A stretch of DNA of 64,000 nucleotides from a virus, in the IMG/VR virus record IMGVR_UViG_3300042520_002054, positions 32,001-96,000 of that record, one strand, 5' to 3'. Position 1 is the stretch's first letter. Each line of letters begins with the position of its first letter. Below are positions 38,095-46,100 of the stretch, one piece after another. The notes below the pieces were generated by a model, which did not search any database, was not told the DNA's origin, and was given only the letters and a program-made list of their open reading frames with translations. A program made the translations under genes and the position numbers.

Positions 38095-39747
38095 ATGGCG
38101 AAAATGGACTGGTATACTCCCCTTAGTGAGGAGTTCATGGGAAGAGGTTATTTTCATAACGATAGTACTATTAACGATAGAATAGACTCAATTGCTAAAC
38201 TTGTAGGTGATACTTTTAAAGATGAAGAAATCGCTTTTAAAGTAAAAGAGTATATAGAGAATGGTTATTATGTATTACCATCCCCTGTATGGAGTAATGT
38301 CGGAACCGGTCGTGGTTCCGGTATCTCTTGCTTTAATACACACGTAAGTGACAGCATTGAATCTATCATTCGAGGTAATGCTGAAGTAGGAATGCTTTGT
38401 AAAATTGGAGGTGGTACATCCGGTTATTTTGGTGAAATCAGACCTGCGGGGAGTAAGATTTCTACAGGTGGTGAAACCTACGGTGCTGTGCATTTTATGC
38501 AGATGTTTGACACTACCAAAAACGTAATCTCTCAGAACAATGTTCGTCGAGGTGAATTTGCTGCTTACCTGGATATTACTCATGGTGATATCAAAGATTT
38601 CTTGAGAATCAATGCTGAAGGTCATAAGCTCCAGCGCTTCCCTTTCGGTGTTTGTGTTTCTGACAAATGGTTGGAAGACATGAAAGCTGGTGATATGGAT
38701 AAGCGTGAACTATGGGCTATGGTTATTGACTCAAGAAACCGTACAGGATTTCCATATATCTTTTATACAGACAACGTAAACAACAATACTGTTGATGTAT
38801 ATAAAGACACAGAAGCAAGGATTAATTCTTCAAATATGTGTACAGAAATTCTTCTACCTTCTACTGAAGAAGAATCATTTGTATGTGATTTGGTTGGTAT
38901 GAACCTGGTTAAGTTTGATGAATGGAAAGATACCGACGCTGTAAGAATTGCAGTATATATTGCTGATGCTGTGCTGCAGGAGTTTATTAATCGTTATCGT
39001 GAGACACCATTTATTTCCAGAGCTATTAAGTTTGCTGAAAGACACCGTGCTATTGGTATTGGTGCATCAGGATATCACTCTTACTTGCAAAGTAAGATGA
39101 TTCCTTTTGAGTCTTTGACTGCAAAGTTCACTAATACTTTGATTTTCAAAACAATTCAAGAACAAGCTTGGGAAGCATCTCGTGAGATGGCTAAGAAATA
39201 TGGTAAACCTGAAGCACTTGCTTCTGATAAATACGATAGACGTCATACAACGCTTACAGCTGTTGCACCAAACACGTCTTCGTCATTTATTATGGGTCAA
39301 CAATCTCAGTCAATTGAACCATATACTTCTAATTACTACATCAAAAAGACTGCTAAAGTCAAGCATGCTGTAAAAAATCCTTACTTAAAAGAGCTTCTTG
39401 CTAGTATGGGTAAGGATACCATGGAGGTATGGGAGTCAATTCTACAAAGATCTGGTAGTGTTCAACACTTACCGTTCTTGTCAGAAGATGAGAAACTTGT
39501 ATTTAGAACCTTTATGGAAATATCTCAGATGGAGATTGTTATCCAGGCAGGTCAAAGACAAAAGTTTATTGATCAAGGTCAGTCACTGAATCTAATGATT
39601 CATCCTGCAACACCGACTAGAGATGTTAATACACTTCTTCTTAAAGCTCACGAGCTTGGAGTAAAAACATTGTATTATCAGTTAGGTCAAAATGCTGCTC
39701 AAGAATTTGCAAGAGATATTCTTTCTTGTGAGTCATGCGCAGGATAA
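38095..39747 (+). CDS. nrdA: ribonucleotide reductase alpha subunit, no ATP cone
   Basis: SPV, ISCF, GGGT, SNMCTEI, APNTSSS, KTLYY, C-terminal CESC. Confidence 0.93.
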   Translation: MAKMDWYTPLSEEFMGRGYFHNDSTINDRIDSIAKLVGDTFKDEEIAFKVKEYIENGYYVLPSPVWSNVGTGRGSGISCFNTHVSDSIESIIRGNAEVGMLCKIGGGTSGYFGEIRPAGSKISTGGETYGAVHFMQMFDTTKNVISQNNVRRGEFAAYLDITHGDIKDFLRINAEGHKLQRFPFGVCVSDKWLEDMKAGDMDKRELWAMVIDSRNRTGFPYIFYTDNVNNNTVDVYKDTEARINSSNMCTEILLPSTEEESFVCDLVGMNLVKFDEWKDTDAVRIAVYIADAVLQEFINRYRETPFISRAIKFAERHRAIGIGASGYHSYLQSKMIPFESLTAKFTNTLIFKTIQEQAWEASREMAKKYGKPEALASDKYDRRHTTLTAVAPNTSSSFIMGQQSQSIEPYTSNYYIKKTAKVKHAVKNPYLKELLASMGKDTMEVWESILQRSGSVQHLPFLSEDEKLVFRTFMEISQMEIVIQAGQRQKFIDQGQSLNLMIHPATPTRDVNTLLLKAHELGVKTLYYQLGQNAAQEFARDILSCESCAG

Positions 39748-39812
39748 AATAATGAAGCTTGGGGTCGTAATTTGCGACCTCAAGTTTTTTATTATAAAAA
39801 CCAACCATCCTT

Positions 39813-40439
39813 ATGAATAGCAAAAACCAAGTCGAACTTATCGGTTATTATGGTTCCGATCTCACACATGCACAATCAGCATGGACCTCAACAGTAAGAG
39901 ATCTTACCGAAGAAAAATTAAATCGCATTGAAAAGCTACTTACAATGCTTGCATCAGAAGGTCATTTTACACCTTTTGAAAAATCTAGTTTACACTTTTT
40001 AGTTACCGTTGATCAAGCTACTCACATTCATTTACTAAAACATCGCATAGGTGTAAGTATAAATGGTGAAAGCGCACGATACAAAGAACTAAAAGAAGAC
40101 AAAGCGTATATTCCTGATGACTGGAATGAACGCTGGTCCATCGCACTACGTAACTTTACAGATAGTGCTAACAATCTCTATCATCAATGCTTAGAGGAAC
40201 TTACACCTTATCTTGGAAGAAAACGAGCTAAAGAGTCTGCACGATTCTTTAAGACATTTAATTCCCAAATTACAATGGATGTAATGTTCAACTGGAGAAG
40301 CTTTTATCATTTTCTAAAACTTCGTGATTCAGAACATGCTCAGAAAGAGGTTCGTGAATTAGCGCAGCAGATGCTGCACAAAATTAAAGAAATAGAAGGT
40401 AATCCATTTGAATTAACTATTAAAGCTTTTAAACTATAA
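39813..40439 (+). CDS. thyX: flavin-dependent thymidylate synthase
   Basis: GHFTPFE, KHRIGVSINGESARY, NWRSFYHFLKLR, HAQKEVR. Confidence 0.93.
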   Translation: MNSKNQVELIGYYGSDLTHAQSAWTSTVRDLTEEKLNRIEKLLTMLASEGHFTPFEKSSLHFLVTVDQATHIHLLKHRIGVSINGESARYKELKEDKAYIPDDWNERWSIALRNFTDSANNLYHQCLEELTPYLGRKRAKESARFFKTFNSQITMDVMFNWRSFYHFLKLRDSEHAQKEVRELAQQMLHKIKEIEGNPFELTIKAFKL

Positions 40440-40443
40440 CGAA

Positions 40444-41064
40444 ATGGTACTACAAGAAAAGTTATTCAATCACCTGTTTAAATCAGGTATTACACCAAAT
40501 GCGTGGTGTGTATTATATTCTATTTATAAAAGTATTTCGTATCGAGCATATCTTCCTGATATGGCTGAGTATAGTAAACTAGTAGATGCAGGATTCATTC
40601 GTCAGATAGAAATCCGTGACGAAGACAATTTTGTACAAGCAAGAAAGTTTGAATTAACTTCTAAAGGTTTAGCGTTTATTGAAGAAATGGAAACAATTCT
40701 GAGCGCAAAACTTAAAAAACAAGCGCTTAATACTTCTCAAAAAGAAGAATGGGCGCAAAAGATATCAGAATTTCAACAGAAGTTTCCTAAAGGTGGGGGT
40801 TATAGAGGTAATGCGCGTGATGTAATGCAGCGATTTGTTTGGTTTTTTAGTGAGTATCCAGAGTTTAACTGGGATACTGTAATGAAAGCAACAGATCTGT
40901 ATATCAGTGAGACAAACCCTGCTTATTTAAAGTATTGTCAGTATTTCATTAGTAAATCTGATGCACACAAAATTGTTACTTCAGTTCTTGCAAATTATTG
41001 TCAACGAATACTTGATGGTGATGAAAGCACTGAAGCAAAACAATTTGCTGTAACTGTATTTTGA
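40444..41064 (+). CDS. winged-helix-containing hypothetical protein
   Basis: KLVDAGFI...ELTSKG wHTH-like segment followed by a helical domain. Confidence 0.7.
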   Translation: MVLQEKLFNHLFKSGITPNAWCVLYSIYKSISYRAYLPDMAEYSKLVDAGFIRQIEIRDEDNFVQARKFELTSKGLAFIEEMETILSAKLKKQALNTSQKEEWAQKISEFQQKFPKGGGYRGNARDVMQRFVWFFSEYPEFNWDTVMKATDLYISETNPAYLKYCQYFISKSDAHKIVTSVLANYCQRILDGDESTEAKQFAVTVF

Positions 41065-41094
41065 TGCTCATGTTTTGTTAGAAAGTAGTGGAAT

Positions 41095-41124
41095 AAAAAA
41101 ACCCCGGCAGCATCACCGGGGTTT
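41095..41124. terminator. bidirectional terminator
   Basis: AAAAAAACCCCGG..CCGGGGTTTT between convergent genes. Confidence 0.75.
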
Positions 41125-41151
41125 TCCACTTACTAACACATCTACTATGAA

Positions 41152-41571
41152 TCAACCGAACAACTTGAACAGAACTTGAAAGTTCGCTTCAGTTTCAATA
41201 TTCTTGAAATCGTCGATACTAAGTTTTACGTGTTCAATTTCTCTTTCGGTACGCATAAGCTCATCCATTTGCTTACGGAACTCAACGATGTTTGGGTTCA
41301 CTTGTCCATCAATTTCATTTTTGATCTCAAATGATCCTTCTTCAGTTTCTGTTCCTAAAGACTTGATAAGTTCATTACGCTGCTCACCAATATACTTTTT
41401 ATCCTCTTGTAGAGTTGTCAAAAGTTTTGTGAGATAATACTTTGTAGAAATTGAAAGCTTGTGTTGCAGCAATCCTTTTGAAACAATTCCTGTTTCGTTT
41501 GCTACACCACCAATTTCTGCTTCCAGGAAGAGAATCTCTTCCAGAGTTAGACTGGTTTTTACTGTTTCCAT
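41152..41571 (-). CDS. acidic helical protein (DUF1617-like)
   Basis: KLSISTKYYL...RNELIKSLG pattern; has its own TATATTTG box upstream. Confidence 0.7.
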   Translation of the reverse strand: METVKTSLTLEEILFLEAEIGGVANETGIVSKGLLQHKLSISTKYYLTKLLTTLQEDKKYIGEQRNELIKSLGTETEEGSFEIKNEIDGQVNPNIVEFRKQMDELMRTEREIEHVKLSIDDFKNIETEANFQVLFKLFG

Positions 41572-41621
41572 ATACGTATTTTGGATTTGTTAACGGTACA
41601 AATATAAGAAAGTTCTACAAT

Positions 41622-41759
41622 TTAACGACCTTGACCGCGATAATTTTTTTCTTTACGGTTGTGTTTATTGTAACTCTTAGCATGACTCCCAAGCTTTCTT
41701 TTACCGAAAGTCTGCTTTACACCTTTAGAACCCCCTGCTGAAGATTTCTTTGCTGCCAT
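41622..41759 (-). CDS. small basic protein (45 aa)
   Basis: MAAKKSSAGGSKGVKQTFGKRKLGSHAKSYNKHNRKEKNYRGQGR, read by eye; starts 2 nt after the upstream stop. Confidence 0.7.
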   Translation of the reverse strand: MAAKKSSAGGSKGVKQTFGKRKLGSHAKSYNKHNRKEKNYRGQGR

Positions 41760-41760
41760 C

Positions 41761-42276
41761 TTAGCAATCAACTACATTCTCTGCTCCGAAAAGCTCAGCG
41801 AGTTTCTCCTTAAGCTTGCCGTAAGCAAATTCAAAAATATCCACATCTTCTGCTGCAGAAAGATCAGGAACAACCTTATCAGTAGTAACCTCAACATCTT
41901 TCTCTACCAACTCAGTAACCGTTCTAGTTACAGTGTTTGTGGTAGGTTCACCACCCTCTTCTGCTGGAGGAACAGTGATTTCCTCAGTAATCTGCTTTTC
42001 TTCAGGAACCATACGCTTTTCAGTAGTAGTCACACTAATCGTCTTTTTCATAGGAACGATAAGGGTGTCACCAATTTGAGCATTTCTTGCAGATCCTGAA
42101 ACCACAACAGACGGTCCATCTGCAGAAGCTGCAGGAACATCTGACTGTGACTGGAACAACTGTAAACCGAAGTAAGCACTGCCGGTTTTGTTAATTTGAT
42201 ACGTACTAATACGTACATAAGCTTCGCTTGTAATACCCTGATCGGTACCAATTTGAGCTGTAATTTTTAGTGCCAT
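41761..42276 (-). CDS. tail-fibre-associated hypothetical protein
   Basis: Lies downstream of the fibre genes; EAYVRI...FAYGKLK. Confidence 0.7.
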   Translation of the reverse strand: MALKITAQIGTDQGITSEAYVRISTYQINKTGSAYFGLQLFQSQSDVPAASADGPSVVVSGSARNAQIGDTLIVPMKKTISVTTTEKRMVPEEKQITEEITVPPAEEGGEPTTNTVTRTVTELVEKDVEVTTDKVVPDLSAAEDVDIFEFAYGKLKEKLAELFGAENVVDC

Positions 42277-42311
42277 TTTTTATAAAGTTTTTAGGTAAGT
42301 TCTACATATTT

Positions 42312-42341
42312 AATATACAAAAATTCAATAAACTCTCCAAG
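42312..42341 (-). promoter_or_regulatory. candidate late promoter CTTGGAGA-N15-GTATATT
   Basis: Matches 36837-36866. Confidence 0.55.
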
Positions 42342-42359
42342 TTTAAATCTGCTAATTCC

Positions 42360-43163
42360 TTAAAATTCACTTGAACTAGCACCACATCCTCCTAAACAAG
42401 GACTGTACTGATGATCAAGATTAGAATAACCTGCTGCAAAATTTACACAACAGTCAATAGGTTGACCAGCATATCTAGCATATCCTGAAACTGACACGCC
42501 GTCACAAGTATATCCTTCGTAATAACCAGCTGCTTGGGCAAATGCTGTAAAGCATGTTTCAGTAGGTGCACCACATCCACAGTTAGGTGAATTTGATTGT
42601 ACAAGTACCGCATAAACATTACAACTAGCATCATAATATCTTTCATAATAATCACAACCGCTACAATATGTAGACGCTAAAGTACCGCTTGCAGGACAAG
42701 TTGTTACAGTAACTACATTACTATAACTAGAATACTGACCAGTTCCTCCACAAACAATTCTAGCTCTAAAGAGATAGGTTGTTGAAGGAGATAAACTATA
42801 AACATATTTAGTTGTCACACAACCCTGATTAGCTTCTTGAGTCCATGTTTGTCCTCCATTGGAACTGTATTGCACCTCCATTGCGTTACAGTTGGAATGA
42901 CTTATGTAAAGAATAGCACTAGTGCTTGTTCTGTCAGTTCCGGTAATAGTAGGAGCATTACACCCTGCTGCTGAGTGGTTATAGCAGTGCCATTCACTCA
43001 TTGCTGCTGGATTAGAAGGGTTGGGTCTTGATGCAGAATTAGAATTAATTGCACCATAATCACCATTCTCAGCTGCATCAAGAGAGATTGTTGCAGAAGC
43101 AGATCTGTTTAACTCAGAATTAATCTGAGACATTTTAATTTCTCCTGAACAAGGTAACGCCAT
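42360..43163 (-). CDS. fibre-tip adhesin candidate with FN3 and Cys-rich domains
   Basis: MALPxSGxIxMSQI N-terminus, LSPSTTYLFR FN3 strand, 18 Cys. Confidence 0.65.
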   Translation of the reverse strand: MALPCSGEIKMSQINSELNRSASATISLDAAENGDYGAINSNSASRPNPSNPAAMSEWHCYNHSAAGCNAPTITGTDRTSTSAILYISHSNCNAMEVQYSSNGGQTWTQEANQGCVTTKYVYSLSPSTTYLFRARIVCGGTGQYSSYSNVVTVTTCPASGTLASTYCSGCDYYERYYDASCNVYAVLVQSNSPNCGCGAPTETCFTAFAQAAGYYEGYTCDGVSVSGYARYAGQPIDCCVNFAAGYSNLDHQYSPCLGGCGASSSEF

Positions 43164-43166
43164 AGC

Positions 43167-46100
43167 TTATACTAACTTAGATTTAAGTTGATCAATTTCT
43201 TTTTGTTGCTCTTTGATTGCTTCAATCAGAAGACCTACTATGTTACCGTATTTTACACCATACTCATCAACATCAGCAGCATAAGTTACAGCTTCAGGTA
43301 GTATTTCATTTACTTCTTGAGCAATTACACCAACCTGTCTTCCTTTTTCTGACTCATCAATTTTTGTATAGAATACGCCACGCATTGATTTAACTTTTTC
43401 AAGAGCATCTTCAATTGTTACAATATCTGTTTTCTTTCTTCTATCAGAGTAAGCAACAATGTCTCCTGTTGCATAAAGACTTCCTGTAACATATACTTTG
43501 TAAGAACTAGAAGTAGTAGAATCACCTAATGCCAAAGAGTTATTTCCTCTATGCCAGTACCACGCCCATCTATCGTGTGTTAAAAGACCACCATTACCAC
43601 TTTCATGCATGTAGTAGTGATTGAAACCAGATGGATCTTGTAAGTTTATACCTCCCCAACCATTTCTACTACCTGTAATTTTCCAAGCACCGTATGAATT
43701 ATCATTAGCGTAAAAATGAGCACTATTTGTAGGATTATAATGTCCTTGATGACCTGTAGTTCTTAACCAACCATTTGCGTATACTTCTTGGAAAGTTGGT
43801 GAAGCATTGACTGTGACTGCTTGGTTCATGTGGTATCCGTCAACTGTATCAGCATTACCAGCACTGTCTGCGTATGGTCTATATGAATCTGAGTATATTC
43901 TAGACCATCCTGACCAAGAAGAACCATCATTTGCATATCTATGATAAAGACCTGCAGAACCACCAAAACCAAGTTGTTGTTGTCTGTGAGAACCTGCAAA
44001 TCCATACCAAGGTACAACTGTTAATATAGATACCCAGTAGTCAGAACCTGACATACCCACGGTATCTTTGTCATTAAAATGCCAGCTATTTGCTAATCCA
44101 TGCCATGAGTCGGGACTTCTATTACTATGTCTGTAATCATTTGTGCTTCTTACAATATATGACTCACTAGCATAAGCTGCGGAACTTGCGTAGTTTACTG
44201 ACTGAGAACCAATGTTTCCTGAGTCAATAACATCATGCCAAGTACCAGATCCTCTGTATTGCTTAAATCTACCTTCAGCCCAGAAGTTACCACCACCATT
44301 TGCATAGTAATCACCATTTGTAATAATTCGGTAGCTAGTATTAATAGCCTGACCAACACTTAAATAATTAAAATGAGCAGCATCTAATCTAGAAGTACTA
44401 TTCATATCTAAATAGTATCCCGTATCATTTCTGTCATAAATTATATAAGTTCTAAAATCATTTGCAAAAGTTGTTCCATATAACTCCTGTCCTCTATTCC
44501 ATGTTCTTAATACCCAGTTTCCATCTTCACTTAAAATTCCAATTTCATTACTGTTGTTAGCATAAAAATACCCTCTTACGCTACCACCAGATGTTTCCAT
44601 TCTTAATGCTGCAGTACCTGAAGAATCTGCTCTCATTCGCAAATCTCCAGTACCTGCAGGATATATATGCCATCCTGTATTTGACCAATAAATACCGTTA
44701 TTATTTGTGTGATTTCTGAACCAACCACCTGTTGTATAAATATCATTTGCTGAAACATTTGCAAATGTTACACCATCAGATGTTCTTACATTTTGATTCA
44801 TGTTGTAAGCATATGATGCATTACTTGTATGTAGTACCTGAATAGGAGTGATAGATATTTTCTTATCTCCATTAGGTTCACTTGAATTTGATATACCCGT
44901 TACTCTATTCCATGAACTACCTCCAGCATCTCTAACATGAACCTGAAATGAGTTCCAGTAAGAACCGCGAGGCCACCAGAATGCAATATTACCATTGTAT
45001 CTCATCACCTTAACAGGACCTGGGAAATAAGATCCATAAGACATTGCTGATACGTTGATAATAGTATCTGCATAGAGATAACCCTGCATGATAAGCTTAA
45101 ATGGAGAGTTTGATGAATCATAACTCTTACCTGAAACTTCCATTACAAAAGAGTCTCCAGACCAACCATCTGCATAAATATCTGTAGTTACAAGAGTACC
45201 GTTAGGAAAATCACTTCCTGAATGAACACCTCGTGCTTCTTCAACTAAGTTGTATGCGCTATAACCTTGTAGTGTAGTAACATAGTTTGTCCAGTTAGAA
45301 CTGTCTAAAACAGCAGCACTAGTACCACCACCATAAGAGTTTTTATTGACATATGCTGTACCATTCTCCCATCTCCATTGCCAACCATAACCTTGACGAT
45401 AAAAACCTGTTTCATTAGAATTCATCATCAACGTTGAACCTGAGTCAAAGTAGATACCGTACCAACCATTACGAGTAGATGTAAGTCTCATTGACCCATA
45501 ACTACCAGAGTTGTTAGCATAGATATAGTTACCCTGTCCTCCAGTTTCCATGTAAATCTGATTGACATAATTAATGTCATAAGAGTTCATGTGGAAGTGT
45601 CTGGTCCAGTGTACATATGAGTTATCATTTGTAACATAACGCATAATCTGTGTATCACTTCCAGCATTTCTACCATACAGGTATACAGTATATCCAGAAT
45701 CCCAGTACCAGTGTAGACCGTACCAGTTAGAAGAATCTTCACCAAAATACATGTGAGCATCACCTGAATCATTTGCACCTACATATAAAGTGTCATTTAC
45801 CCAAGTAGATCTACCGTTACCTCTACCAAGCTGAATATTTCCACCATTATCTATTCTAAAGAACGTAGAACCATTGTAATCAGCAATACCATTATGAGGA
45901 TTTCGGTTTGCAGTATAAGTTGAATATCCTATATCCAGTTGTGTACCTGAACCATTAGAACCAATTACCCACTGTTTATCAGCTGTGTGATGTGTAAATT
46001 GAATTGTTGGTCCATGTGATCCATTGCTAGTTACAGTATGGTTTAATGTGAGTACAGGGTATTGACCATGTAAATAAACAACAGGTCTAATGTTACCATC

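Noticed and set aside
30810-39747. Inteins or group I introns in polB, nrdA or nrdB
   Set aside because: The ORFs are uninterrupted and compact, with contiguous catalytic motifs.
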